Assembly (NCBI GenBank): GCA_004321885.1
Contig: SCQK01000007.1
Span: 1 to 64,000, forward strand
Source of the DNA: Patescibacteria group bacterium
GTDB lineage: Bacteria; Patescibacteriota; Patescibacteriia; Magasanikbacterales; GWA2-37-8
DNA: 64,000 nt
Reading direction: 5' to 3'
Shown: positions 18,101 to 27,947 of the stretch, piece after piece
How the letters are laid out: each line of letters starts with the position of its first letter
How positions within the stretch are numbered: the stretch's first letter is position 1
Translations under genes and position numbers: made by a program
Notes under the pieces: generated by a model
Told to the model about the DNA's origin: nothing
What the model saw: the letters and a program-made list of their open reading frames with translations, nothing else
The model's database searches: none

Positions 18101-21100
18101 CAAATTTGGAACGCACTGTGTAGCCGCCGCTGTCGGAATAAATATAGCGATAGGCCAGGGAATTGGGATGGCAGGCAAAGCTAAAGCGCCGGTCGGCCAC
18201 GCTCCAGCCCGTAACCGGGTCGTGCAGGGTGCAGGTGGCCGGGTTTAGGCCTGCGCATTGCGTATCGGCCGTGCAAAATCTCGCCTGGCTCATATCAGTG
18301 CAACTGCCGCCCTGGGCCAGTTTGTTTATCGGGTCCACCGGCAAAGCGCCGCCCGCGGCCGCGCCCAAAACCGACCACGACGGCCAGGCGCTCACTGTCT
18401 GCCCGGCTAAATACGTGCCTGATTCCAATTTGGGGAAACTCTGTTTGCCCGCTGCACTGTTCATCAAATCCATCACCTCTTTATTCGTCAGCGCGCGATT
18501 GTAAACGCGCACGTCGTCTATCTGGCCATTCCAAAGCTGGCCGGCCGAAGCGCCGACCTGGGCACCGATGCGCGCCGCCTGCTTTGTCAAATTCCAATTC
18601 TTGGCTTCTGATTTAAGGAGAGCGCCGTCGGCGTACAATTTTGCCAGGGTGCCGTCATAAGTAAGACAAATGTGATGCCAAACCCCTGTTGTCCAAAATT
18701 TATCCACTTTTATATCATCGCTGTAACCGCCGCCCAGCAAACTCTCCCCCTGCCGTCCCAGATAAAACGCGCCGCCAGCGGACGGAGAACCATAAGCAAC
18801 GATAAAACCATAATCATTACTGACTGAACCTGTTTTCCCCCAGCTGCACAACGTCCTGGCCGCGTTGCCCCCGGCAAACAAAGCCGGATTGCCCAAATCA
18901 ACATAATCGCTCGTGCCGTTAAAATTCATGGCCTGGCCCAGCACGCCCGTGGAAAACACCGGATTATTTATCGCCGTTCCTTTATAATTATAGCCCGACT
19001 TGTCAAAAATCGTTTTGCCAGAGCGGTCTTCTTTATCCAAAGTATAATGTCCCACCAAACCCTTGTTGCCGCCCTCCAGCACATCTTCTATGGCCGCCAA
19101 ATCGCGCAGGCGCCGGTAATTGCGTTTGAGCTTGTCGGTTTGCGCCGAACAAACCTGTCCGCCCGGGCAATCAAAATCACTGACGCAGGTTTTGTCGCTA
19201 CCCGGGCTGGCAATACTGGTTCCACAAAATCCGCTGTTGGTCAGGTTGACGTTAAAACGCAAGTTCTCCATCAGTTGCGAAAAAACTTTTTTCATTTCAG
19301 GGCTCGCGTTGGCATTCAGGCTAAACAAATAGATATTGGAATACAAGTTTTTGCTGGGACCCGTGCCGTCTTCCCGCTTGTAATTCGCGTAGCTTAAAGC
19401 GTCCACATAATAATTGTAATCATCGGTGACCGCGCCATAGCCGTTGACCGATATGTCGCGCACCTGGCCGACAAAACCCTTGCCGCCGCTGGCCTTGTCG
19501 TTTTCATACCATTGCCGCGGAGTGAGATGCCCGGGATTGGAAAAAACCTGAATGCCGATGGCGTCTGGCCCGCGGTCGCTGGCCAGGAAAAATCGCTTCA
19601 GCGAGCCGGGCGTGACAATGGCCGCGGCCGTGGTTTGCACCGCCGGTTTCAAATATGGCAGGTCGTCGGCTTTGCCCGTGGCCCCGCTGTCAGCGCAATA
19701 ATAAGTGCTGAAATTAAAAAACCCGTCGCCGCTTGCCGCAGACGCCGGAATGTTGTCGTTGTTGCCGTACTTATCTTCATAAGGCAAAGTGAGGGTCGCG
19801 GGCCAGGGATTTTCGCACAAGAAAACAACCACGCGCGACTTGCCGGTGGCCGTTAGGCCGCTTTGCGCCGTATATTTATTGGACGTTATTTCAGCCGCGG
19901 CCGTAACATCTATTTCGCCATTGCGGTTTTGCGCCGTAATTTCGTTAAAATTCGCGGTCGTGTTTTGCAAAATCACATAGGGATTCACGCTCGTGCTTGT
20001 CGGCGCCCACCAATACTGCCAAGCGTAATAATTCGGTATGGGCTGAATTATTTGGTCTTTGTCGGTTTTCGCTATTGCTTCCAGGGTTTTTTTTTGGCCG
20101 TTCGCAGACAAATAAGCGAAGGCCGGATTTATTTCCACTTTTTTTACTTCGCAAATTTTGGTAGCCGTGGAAAATTTCCAGTTAATGTGTTTTTTATCCG
20201 CGGCCGGACTGGCATAGCCGATGCTTACGCCGGTTTTGTCGCGGATTTCGTTTTTTAAAATAATGGCGTAGGGCGAGCTGGTGGCCAGAGGCGCTGACAG
20301 CCGGGCGTAAACGCGCGAAGCCTCGGCCGTGGAAGAAGGAATGACCGTGGCTGCGGCCAGATTACTGCCGGCGCACCATTTAGCCGCCAAAGTTGATGCC
20401 GGCATTAAAGCGGCAACATCTTCATCGTCGGTCGGGCAGGCTTCGGTCGCTTTGACGCCGCGCGCGATAATAAAATTATTTTTCAAGGTCGCGTTATCTA
20501 TAATTTTATCAAACTCGGCTTCTATGACGGTATTCGGACAAATATCGGTTTGCGGAATACCGGTAAGCGCGCCCGGATACACCGTAATAATCGCCGGCCT
20601 TTTGTAGCAGCAGGTGTCAGAGCCAACGCCGTATTTGTCAAGCGCGTCCGCGTTGAGCGGGCATTCGGAATCTTTGGTATAGCCGCAGGGAATCTCAAAC
20701 TTGCCAATGCCTTTGGCAATGCCTGCCGCGGCTGAAATATCGGTTGACTGAATGGGCAGCCCGCCGCCTGTCGGCGCCGCAGCCGTGCCCAGACCTTTGC
20801 CAATGGCCAGCGACCACGGGTCTATGAGCCCTTTATGTTCCAATGAAAGTCCGCTTTCGCAAAAATCATCTTCGCCTGTTTCGGTTTTGCCATCAGCGCA
20901 GACCGATGGCGTGGTATATAATAAGGAAGAACCCAAATGCTGGCCGTTTTTGCCGCAACCTTCCAAGCCGGGCGTACATTCGGATTTATCAGCGCCTTTG
21001 TATGTGCTGGTACTCACCTGACACAAATCATTGCACCATTCCGCGCGCTTGCCCGCCCCCAAATCACAGCTAACATCTTCTTCCGGCCCTTCTATACCGT

Positions 21101-24100
21101 CGCCGCATTGGCTAAAAGCCGCGGCGCAGGCCGCGTTAAAATCGGCCTGGGCAAAGCCGCCAAAAGTCGCCTGATTGTCCCAGCACCATTTGCTGGCCAG
21201 TTTAGTGCCATTATGCAAACAACTCGCGTTGCATCCCAGCGCTGATTGCGGATTGGCCGGGTCCGGTGCAATGCCCAAATCGCAATCCTCATCATCGCCC
21301 ACGGTTCTGTTGCCGCAGATGGAAACGTTTATGGCGCCCGGCGGCGGGCTGGCCGACGAGCCTTTTTTGGTGTTATTTTTTGACCGACAGTCCAAATTGC
21401 AGGCAAAAGCCGACTGGGGGTTTGCGGCATTAGACGCAATACCCAAATCACAATCCTCGCCCGCTTCCACTTTGCCGTTGCCGCAGGCCGCGAGGAGCAT
21501 GCCGGCGCCCGCGGCCACGCCACTGCCTTTTTTCACGCAATGGCTGGTGCAAAATTGATTCTTGCCTTGGGTGCCGTAAAAATTTATCTGGGCCACCTTG
21601 TCGTCTGATGAGGCCCATGTCCAGCTGGTCTTCCAAGGATTTACTTTTTGGCCGCTCGGGTTGCATTTGTCCGGCGAGGAATACGCCAGCACATTGTAAA
21701 CCTCGCGCGAAGTAATGGTGGGCGCGATGTACTTGGCCGGCGCCACCTCGGCGCGCGCCACTTCGCATTTGGTTTTTTTGGTGCGGAAGCGCCAGGAAAA
21801 TTCTTTGGTATACGGCTTGCTGAAATTAGTAGCGTCATTGGCCTGGGAAAGGGTACGCAGAGACCACAACAAACGTTGGTCGCTCAAATTGGTGGCGCTG
21901 GCTGAAACAGTCGCCAAGTACAGGGTCTCGGGCTTTAATTCTACCGAGGTGTCTTTGGAATTAGCAACTTTCAAAATCGTGTAACCCCCGGCGCTGTCCA
22001 AAACCACATCCCCAGACGCGCCCACGGACTTCAGCTGTTTGCAATTTTCATCCAGACACTCGTAAAGTTTTACCGAGCCCTTTTCATTGGCGCCGGTCAG
22101 GTTGCGCATGGACATAGAGGTGCTCCAGCGCACAGCCACCTCGGCGTTGGTGCAGGCCTCCAAACAGTTGGGCCAAAAATCAATCGGCTTGGGGTCGCTT
22201 AAATCAATTTTCAAAATGCCATTGCCGCTAAAACTACCCTCGGCGTCCATGGCTCTGGCTATCAGGCTGACTGCGTCAAAAGGATTGGCCAGCCCAACCC
22301 CCACTGTGTTGGTCAAAGCGGAAAAACGCGCCTTTTTTTGCGTGGCGGCTCCGTCAAAAATTTCCGAGTAAGACGTGTCGCCCGAATTCCAGCTCCAATT
22401 AAAAGCGCTGGCGTCCATTAGCACGCATTTTTGCGTGGACAGGCCCGTGGCCGACCAATACTGGGAATTGCCCTTGTTTGTAATGGGCTTTTCCAAAACA
22501 CTGGTGTAATAATCATAGGGGGTGACCAGCACTTTTTTCATTTTGCAATCCGCGTCATCGGTTTTGAAGAAAAAACAATAGGCGCTGTTGGCAATGCCCG
22601 CGCCATCGCAGGGCTTGTCTTTTTGCAAATTTAAAACCGCCGGGCCCACGCCCGCTGAAATGTTGGCAGACAAAACAGCCTGATACCAGGTATTGTTTTT
22701 CCACAAACCGTTGTTGTAGCCGGACGTTGGTTTTAAGTTTACAAAAGAAGTGGCGCCATTGGCAGTCTGCGCGCCGATGGCCGGGGTAAACACGGCCGTG
22801 GCGTTGGTTTGGTCCGCGAGCGGCACGCCAACCGGATTAACGCACAAACCATTTTCCAGGCCCGCGCATTCGCGAAGCACGAAATCAGCCGGGCTAATGG
22901 GATTCATCAGCTTGGAAAACTCCACCGACACCAGGGCCTGACGGCAAACATTATGGTGGTCTCCGGACGCGCCCCCATCCCACGAAATATCAGGCGAAGG
23001 CGAGGGCAAAACAATGCCCGCGTCATCGCATCTTTCTATGACGCGGGGAAACTTGGGAATGTCGCGCGTGCTTATGCGCCAAACATAGCCCGAGGTTAGG
23101 GTCTCGCCGGCGCACAGCTCGGTGGCCGGCTTGCACAGGCCCTTGTCCGCGCCCGTGGCACAGCACTTGTCCGCGCCCGCGCATTTATTTCCGCTTTTCA
23201 CGCAGTCGTAGACATCAAAATTAGCTGGATTGCTCATTTTTTGCTCGGCCGAACGGTAGACCACCACGGGCCCGGTAATGGCGCCCGGGGGCGGCGAGGC
23301 AAAACTGGCGATTTGCGCCTTGCCAGAATTGGCCACGCTCACGCCCGCGGCCGGCACGCGCCCCACCACACTTGTGGACGAAGCCTGGGTTTTCCAAAAA
23401 TACACGCTCGGACTGGCGCCAAAATACTCGCCGGCGATTTTCATCTGCGAAGAAGCCGCGAACGGCACTGGCCCGGCCGTAGGGTCTATATTGCAAATGC
23501 CCGGCGCCGGACGGCCGTCGCCAAGCGTAAAGCCGTAAAAGGGCGCGCCCGCCTCCCCGCTGGCCGATACCACCTGCACCGCGTACTGGCCGTTTAATAG
23601 TTCGCTCGCGTTCGGAAACTTCACGATGATTCTGTCTGTTTTCCAAATATTATTTTTGCATTCTGGCGGAAAATCAAAGTCGCCCAGATTGGCCAGGCCC
23701 GAGCCGTTTAGCTTAAACCAAATTTTTCCCACTTTGTCGCCGAAATTTTTGCCGGTGATGGTAATATATTCCCCTCGCCCACCGTTTTCCGGACTAATGC
23801 CGGAAATCACCGGCGCGCCCTCGCCCATGCCGTCTATTACCGCAAAGCCCACCGAATTGCTTTCCGCTCCTTTGGTGTCTGTTAATTTTACCGGCGCCCA
23901 GCCCTGGCCCAGGCCAGGCACTTTGGCTTTGGCCGCGGTGTCGTTCCAGGCCAAAGGGTCTGCATACGCCGCCAGTTCGCCAAAAGTGATTTTGCTCGCG
24001 GCGCCGTAAGTACTAAAACTCTTGCCCGCGAGCGTTACCTCTTGCCCCACCACTCCGCTCGGCGGAATGGGCGGGCACAAACTGGGGCGTGTTTGCGTTG

Positions 24101-25796
24101 TAATGCTAAAATCCGGCACGCTCGGGCCAAAACTGTCGTTGGTCCGGTCAATAAACTGCCGTGGTGCGCCGTTTATTGTGTTGGTAGCCGTCACTACCAT
24201 CATTGGCCCGCTCACCGCTGTCCTTGGCGCTTCCACTAAAATTTGCGACGAAGACCAGCTGGAATTTAGACTGCCGCAGTTGGCCAAATCGGCTTTTATC
24301 CAGTCGCTCAAAACATCGGGCGAGGGATTGCTTTTGGCCGCCATATAGGCGGCGCCGGGTTTGACGCCAAAATAACTGCCAAAAATAGTAACATAGGAGC
24401 CGGGAGCGCCCGAGCCCGGAGAAACCGAGCGAATCATGGCGCGCTCCACGCACACACCCGTGGTTTGGCCTGATGGAATCTCGCAATAACCGCTGGCGCA
24501 ATCCGCGTCTTTGGCACACTGCCCCCCGGCGCAAGCCCCGCATTCACCCCCGCAGGCCGGCGGCCCTTTTTGTATTTCCCCCGGGTCCAGCACATTGTCA
24601 AAACAATGCTGGGGCCGCAAGTAAACCGGCAGGGTATCGCTGCCGTTTTGACCGGCCCAATCAATATCCAAGGCGTTCAGAGTATGGTTGCCAGCGGCCA
24701 GACCGGCTGTGGGCCAGTCTATTTGCGTGGTGCCGCTCTTTTGACAGCCGGCAAATGTCCGATACCCGACTTCCTGGCCATCGGCTTTGAGCGTCACATT
24801 TTGCACCCCCAAATCATCGGCAAAATTCATGTAAACCGGCACTTTCAATCCCAACTGCAACTGGTCTGGCGCGGGCGGCTGTATATATATGGTAGGCGGC
24901 TTGCGGTCCACCCCGTCGCCGGTGATAAATTCCACGTCTTTACAGCCGTCGCCAAGCTGATACGAGCAGTTCAAAGTTTTTTTGCCGTCGGCCGTGGTAA
25001 CAGCGCTTGGATTTTTGAAGCGCAAAATATAGGCCGTGGATGGCTCCAGACAATCACTGGGCGGGTCGCTGGCTCCGCAGGAACCCTTGGGCACGAACTC
25101 GGCGATTTTGGCGCTGCCGTTGGCCGGTTTCCAGTCGCCCGCCTGCTCGCTGTTGTCGCTTTTTTTGATTAGCACGATGTTGCCCTGGATAGAACTAAGG
25201 CCAAACTCCAAATTAAAAGCAACAGTCGGGTGAACATTGCGCAAGCAAAGCTGTCCCCCGCCCGGCAACTTGGCCACATAAAAAACATCGCCGGGCAAAT
25301 AGCCGCCTGGCCCGCCCCCGCCGCAGGCGGCGCAGCTGCCGCCGCAATCCACGCCGGTTTCGTCCTGGTCCTGCACCCCGTTGTAGCAATACTGGGGATA
25401 ACTGCCCGTGGCCGAAACCAATTTGCTGATGACAAAACTGGTGATGGCGTAAGACGCCAGAATAATGACCAGCCCGATGAGCGCGTTGAAAATAATTTTC
25501 TTGGCCGTGGCTATTTTTTCGTCATTGCCGCCGGCTGTCATCCACGCAAAACCGCCATAGAGCAAAAGTACCAGCGCCACGATGCCCAAAAGCCCCAGGG
25601 CCGTGCGGATAATTTTCGCCACCAGCACCCTGATGTCGGTATCCGGCAGGCCGCTCGCTTTGGCCTGTTCCAGGCCCACGTCAACCGGAGCGGCCGGCTG
25701 GGCAAAAACAAAATCCGAAAAAAAGAAAAGACCGACGGCTAAGAGAAGCGCGAACAGAGAATAAATAAAAATTTTTCTAAAAAATATTTTTTTCAT
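15171..25796 (-). CDS. Giant exported or surface protein (3541 aa) with a VirB2/TrbC-like N-terminal double-TM module, Cys-rich CxxCDxG repeats, a LamG/ConA-like lectin domain and Cys-knot-like repeats
   Basis: Uninterrupted 10.6-kb ORF. A signal peptide MKKIFFRKIFIYSLFALLLAVGLFFFSDFVFAQ is followed by the two-helix module ...ALVLLLYGGFAWMTAGGNDEKIATAKKIIFNALIGLVIILASYAI. Repeats include CGNGKVEAGEDCDLGIASNAANPQSAFACNLDC and a LamG-like stretch WHHICLTYDGTLAKLYADG...IDDVRVYNRALT. The C-terminus is Cys-rich. Confidence 0.8.
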   Translation of the reverse strand: MKKIFFRKIFIYSLFALLLAVGLFFFSDFVFAQPAAPVDVGLEQAKASGLPDTDIRVLVAKIIRTALGLLGIVALVLLLYGGFAWMTAGGNDEKIATAKKIIFNALIGLVIILASYAITSFVISKLVSATGSYPQYCYNGVQDQDETGVDCGGSCAACGGGGPGGYLPGDVFYVAKLPGGGQLCLRNVHPTVAFNLEFGLSSIQGNIVLIKKSDNSEQAGDWKPANGSAKIAEFVPKGSCGASDPPSDCLEPSTAYILRFKNPSAVTTADGKKTLNCSYQLGDGCKDVEFITGDGVDRKPPTIYIQPPAPDQLQLGLKVPVYMNFADDLGVQNVTLKADGQEVGYRTFAGCQKSGTTQIDWPTAGLAAGNHTLNALDIDWAGQNGSDTLPVYLRPQHCFDNVLDPGEIQKGPPACGGECGACAGGQCAKDADCASGYCEIPSGQTTGVCVERAMIRSVSPGSGAPGSYVTIFGSYFGVKPGAAYMAAKSNPSPDVLSDWIKADLANCGSLNSSWSSSQILVEAPRTAVSGPMMVVTATNTINGAPRQFIDRTNDSFGPSVPDFSITTQTRPSLCPPIPPSGVVGQEVTLAGKSFSTYGAASKITFGELAAYADPLAWNDTAAKAKVPGLGQGWAPVKLTDTKGAESNSVGFAVIDGMGEGAPVISGISPENGGRGEYITITGKNFGDKVGKIWFKLNGSGLANLGDFDFPPECKNNIWKTDRIIVKFPNASELLNGQYAVQVVSASGEAGAPFYGFTLGDGRPAPGICNIDPTAGPVPFAASSQMKIAGEYFGASPSVYFWKTQASSTSVVGRVPAAGVSVANSGKAQIASFASPPPGAITGPVVVYRSAEQKMSNPANFDVYDCVKSGNKCAGADKCCATGADKGLCKPATELCAGETLTSGYVWRISTRDIPKFPRVIERCDDAGIVLPSPSPDISWDGGASGDHHNVCRQALVSVEFSKLMNPISPADFVLRECAGLENGLCVNPVGVPLADQTNATAVFTPAIGAQTANGATSFVNLKPTSGYNNGLWKNNTWYQAVLSANISAGVGPAVLNLQKDKPCDGAGIANSAYCFFFKTDDADCKMKKVLVTPYDYYTSVLEKPITNKGNSQYWSATGLSTQKCVLMDASAFNWSWNSGDTSYSEIFDGAATQKKARFSALTNTVGVGLANPFDAVSLIARAMDAEGSFSGNGILKIDLSDPKPIDFWPNCLEACTNAEVAVRWSTSMSMRNLTGANEKGSVKLYECLDENCKQLKSVGASGDVVLDSAGGYTILKVANSKDTSVELKPETLYLATVSASATNLSDQRLLWSLRTLSQANDATNFSKPYTKEFSWRFRTKKTKCEVARAEVAPAKYIAPTITSREVYNVLAYSSPDKCNPSGQKVNPWKTSWTWASSDDKVAQINFYGTQGKNQFCTSHCVKKGSGVAAGAGMLLAACGNGKVEAGEDCDLGIASNAANPQSAFACNLDCRSKNNTKKGSSASPPPGAINVSICGNRTVGDDEDCDLGIAPDPANPQSALGCNASCLHNGTKLASKWCWDNQATFGGFAQADFNAACAAAFSQCGDGIEGPEEDVSCDLGAGKRAEWCNDLCQVSTSTYKGADKSECTPGLEGCGKNGQHLGSSLLYTTPSVCADGKTETGEDDFCESGLSLEHKGLIDPWSLAIGKGLGTAAAPTGGGLPIQSTDISAAAGIAKGIGKFEIPCGYTKDSECPLNADALDKYGVGSDTCCYKRPAIITVYPGALTGIPQTDICPNTVIEAEFDKIIDNATLKNNFIIARGVKATEACPTDDEDVAALMPASTLAAKWCAGSNLAAATVIPSSTAEASRVYARLSAPLATSSPYAIILKNEIRDKTGVSIGYASPAADKKHINWKFSTATKICEVKKVEINPAFAYLSANGQKKTLEAIAKTDKDQIIQPIPNYYAWQYWWAPTSTSVNPYVILQNTTANFNEITAQNRNGEIDVTAAAEITSNKYTAQSGLTATGKSRVVVFLCENPWPATLTLPYEDKYGNNDNIPASAASGDGFFNFSTYYCADSGATGKADDLPYLKPAVQTTAAAIVTPGSLKRFFLASDRGPDAIGIQVFSNPGHLTPRQWYENDKASGGKGFVGQVRDISVNGYGAVTDDYNYYVDALSYANYKREDGTGPSKNLYSNIYLFSLNANASPEMKKVFSQLMENLRFNVNLTNSGFCGTSIASPGSDKTCVSDFDCPGGQVCSAQTDKLKRNYRRLRDLAAIEDVLEGGNKGLVGHYTLDKEDRSGKTIFDKSGYNYKGTAINNPVFSTGVLGQAMNFNGTSDYVDLGNPALFAGGNAARTLCSWGKTGSVSNDYGFIVAYGSPSAGGAFYLGRQGESLLGGGYSDDIKVDKFWTTGVWHHICLTYDGTLAKLYADGALLKSEAKNWNLTKQAARIGAQVGASAGQLWNGQIDDVRVYNRALTNKEVMDLMNSAAGKQSFPKLESGTYLAGQTVSAWPSWSVLGAAAGGALPVDPINKLAQGGSCTDMSQARFCTADTQCAGLNPATCTLHDPVTGWSVADRRFSFACHPNSLAYRYIYSDSGGYTVRSKFENPFDGDIGASISNWTKFVDDFVDKNRFKTSEPTGICLQYNGGGEITGLAQGSCGDGYVTAGKEACDPPGQKVYDKGACTVKTCESDCQWSAAAPVDCATFKNCGNNKLDFGEQCDDGKLNGTWNKCNTTCSGKVPAANSADLANYPGYCGDSVKNSKYEICDPGNAQAKYALKQTDSCAADCQKYGPYCGDNFLQVSDEQCDPPGSETTCVDGVKSVCDAICRYTVGVSCAAAAQTPAPAGSCGDKVVATGEACDEGAAKNGKPCAPSYGKSCSYCSVDCKNTIDVQPKEYCGDSLLNGPEKCETVGKTLYSAEYLAGATQMIKNSNFNGYAVYTCEEESVNTPEPGVYKVGQKTCSENCMKLTPSDDCVKCGLDNANGVEVGGEIINVLDPKSTNPLNGGATNGGFYTYIKTMTGEEKLISGRQWNQSSDIKYSLHEGWGNVPPAPLARIHSDPACKYQMNINSDIAARHRDFPIYSQKESETNPWHYDLILSPVIPKTTEPVTKARPNDVRIVTTWIGDRSFNSGFYGPGGVGKPPVEDNSVTPVKGAEYYINSDTYGIWYHGSGNTLAKSNELAFTVDASKITNGGDMVVTKNQLYSFYVRLPGESIKNFGASAKLKVDVYFPEAGAGSDSHYYRHFDLPDKTYYLSGAQLSANAKASYWQVFNVCVSLNNNVGVDNIRDINKIVTDKMYFDYSVCGATTASGFCKDKAGVECRGAVGECDVVEKCDSASEYCPGDSFKPSGAACIPAGGGSGKCDGYGACVSNAPSGPVCGNGKIEAGEECEGNVPAGQTCESRFGAGFTGNLTCNNCQIDSGQCKAPPPACTDECTPGSGYPKCRPRSGGGDYVVRCVTDADTDKCYEEFLGSSWCEYGCTNGQCVSACVPDCSGKDCGSNGCGGVCGSRGGGCDSGYECNRYGKCVQCQNACNFTGSRCAGKCVETCTWNNGCSVYSSCNPQCSRDFNCVETPDGPRCQ

Positions 25797-25804
25797 GCGA
25801 CACT

Positions 25805-25894
25805 GTCATTGCGAGCGAGCCGCAGGCGAGCGCGGCAATCCCATCCGCAATTGCCAAGGATTGCTTCGGTCGCCAAAGGCGACCTCGCAATGAC
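25805..25894. repeat. Long palindromic element gtcattgcgag...ctcgcaatgac between the two large surface-protein genes
   Basis: gtcattgcgagcgagccgcaggcgagcgcggcaatcccatcc...ggattgcttcggtcgccaaaggcgacctcgcaatgac. Confidence 0.65.
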
Positions 25895-25895
25895 A

Positions 25896-27926
25896 TCACA
25901 AACTATTTTGTTTCAAATAATCCAAACACGTCGTTTGATTGTTCAAATTGGTCTTCACACTGCCATTACAGCAGAAATCATAATTTTTTATATTGACCAC
26001 GGCGCAACAAGCGGCCGCGTTAGCCTCGTCGCAAGATAGCGACTGTTTAGTGCCAACGTCTGCCTCGGTGTTGGGCCCTTTGCCCGGATAAAAACAATTA
26101 TAGTGCACGTCTTCCACGGCCGAAGGAATGAGCGGATAATAATATTCTTTGATTCCGCTCAAAAACGGGCAGTGAGACATTTCCACGCTGGTGGCATCGG
26201 CGCTGTACGTGGCGCGCGGCACATAGCATAGAGGCACGGGCTGGGCCGGATGCTGGTCTAAGCCGATGTTATAAAGCGACTCGGCGCGCATGCGCTTGCT
26301 GAAAGCCATACTCCATTCCTGGCTGGCGGAAATATTCTGCGCGTCCAGGCCCGGGGTAACGCGATTTAAGTACGGCGCGGTCAAATCAATTTCATCTTTA
26401 ATGGCAAAGCCCCAAAAATAGTTGTCGGGCGTTTCCTGGGTGGGGAAAACCGGCAGGCCGGTGGCCGCGAAGTTCACCGTATTATCGCGATTGCCGTCCA
26501 GGGCATTGCCAGACACATCCATGGCTCCGGAAAAGGGCACTGCTTCAAAAGACGCGGCGCCAATAGCGCGCGCGGCTTTAAGTAAAACACGGTAATTATC
26601 CTGCTTGCAGTTAGCGCCGGTCTTATCGCAAACCGGCAGACAAAAAATAGTGTTGCCGCAGGCGTTTTTGCCGCAGGCCTGGGATGAAGTAAATTCCAAA
26701 GTGCGGTAGCCGTTGGTAAGGGTGAACACGCCCAGGGGCACGGCGCTGTAGCTACTTTTCAAATAAATATTATCGCCTTCCAGCGCGTAATTTTCCGCGT
26801 TGTTTATAAACTTGCCTTGGATGCCAGTGGGGTCCATGGCTTCGCTAAAATTTATTTGAATGACGCTATTTTTGGCTTCGGCCGTGCTGGAGGCCGGAAA
26901 AACATCAGTCACAAAGGGCGGCGACAAGTCCAGCGCATTACCGGTGGTAAATTTCCATTCGTAATAATTATTGCCGTACATTGAAGAATTAAAGGCCGGC
27001 GGATTGCCATTGGGCGGGTCGTCTAATTTAATATCACTGCCCAGCCGCACCGTGTAGGCGATATTTTCCACGCTACTGCCCAAATACCCGCCGCCAACGT
27101 TGTTTAAGTCCGTGAGCGGCTTTATTACCAAAGTATATACCCCGTATACACCGCTGATACTGCTGGCGCTGCCGATAACGGCCGCGGCCGCGATGGTGCT
27201 GCTCGGAGTTTTGATATTGATAAACTTGTCACTTAAAAATCCGCTGGCGGTTTTAACGCGGTCGCAGTCGTTCACCCAGCTAACCATGTTGTCGCGGCAG
27301 TTGCCGAAAATGCCGTCGCCGGTGGTGTCGTCTATAAAGCTCTTGGTCAGCACGGGCCTACGGAAAGTAACGATGATTTTGGTGTTGCGCGGCACATCGG
27401 TCTGGTCGCGGGTGGGATAGTGGTCTTTCACGATTTTGCCGAGCGCGCCCGAACCCCAAAAATTCTGCTCGCCCGGGGCATTGGCCGAGCCGCCCTGGTC
27501 TCCGCCGCCCGCCCCAATGCCGAGCATTTTCATCACGAACAGCACGATGGCGTAAGAAGCCATTATAATAATCAACCCGACAATGGCGTTAATAATCACT
27601 TTTTTGGCCTTGCCGATTTGCTCGTCATTGCCGCCGGCCGTCATCCACAAAAAACCGCCGTATAAGATTAAAACAACGAGCACCATGCCGATAAGCGACA
27701 AAGCGATTCTAATGATACGCGCGGCAATCACCCGGATGTCGTCCGCGGGCAGGCCCAGGGGCTTTTCAATCACATCCAGGCCCTGGCCCACGGTTTGGCC
27801 GATGTCGCCGGTTTGCGCCAAAGCATTGCCCACGCCAAAAAAAACAGCGCCAAAAAACGCCATAACTACAACAAAATTTATAGCTTTTTTCGCGCTGTCA
27901 TTTTTCCCCTTTTTCCATTGTAGCAT
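25896..27926 (-). CDS. Exported protein (676 aa) with the same VirB2/TrbC-like N-terminal module as the giant protein, a beta-rich extracellular region and a Cys-rich C-terminus
   Basis: The N-terminus ...DIRVIAARIIRIALSLIGMVLVVLILYGGFLWMTAGGNDEQIGKAKKVIINAIVGLIIIMASYAI is paralogous to the N-terminus of the 15171..25796 protein. Confidence 0.75.
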   Translation of the reverse strand: MLQWKKGKNDSAKKAINFVVVMAFFGAVFFGVGNALAQTGDIGQTVGQGLDVIEKPLGLPADDIRVIAARIIRIALSLIGMVLVVLILYGGFLWMTAGGNDEQIGKAKKVIINAIVGLIIIMASYAIVLFVMKMLGIGAGGGDQGGSANAPGEQNFWGSGALGKIVKDHYPTRDQTDVPRNTKIIVTFRRPVLTKSFIDDTTGDGIFGNCRDNMVSWVNDCDRVKTASGFLSDKFINIKTPSSTIAAAAVIGSASSISGVYGVYTLVIKPLTDLNNVGGGYLGSSVENIAYTVRLGSDIKLDDPPNGNPPAFNSSMYGNNYYEWKFTTGNALDLSPPFVTDVFPASSTAEAKNSVIQINFSEAMDPTGIQGKFINNAENYALEGDNIYLKSSYSAVPLGVFTLTNGYRTLEFTSSQACGKNACGNTIFCLPVCDKTGANCKQDNYRVLLKAARAIGAASFEAVPFSGAMDVSGNALDGNRDNTVNFAATGLPVFPTQETPDNYFWGFAIKDEIDLTAPYLNRVTPGLDAQNISASQEWSMAFSKRMRAESLYNIGLDQHPAQPVPLCYVPRATYSADATSVEMSHCPFLSGIKEYYYPLIPSAVEDVHYNCFYPGKGPNTEADVGTKQSLSCDEANAAACCAVVNIKNYDFCCNGSVKTNLNNQTTCLDYLKQNSL

Positions 27927-27947
27927 GGTCCAATGGTCTTTTATAGT

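Noticed and set aside
16319-25742. Numerous 60-200-aa ORFs on both strands inside 15171-25796
   Set aside because: All are nested within, or antisense to, the single continuous 3541-aa reading frame. Their compositions (Arg/Pro-rich) are typical of out-of-frame translation of a GC-biased gene.
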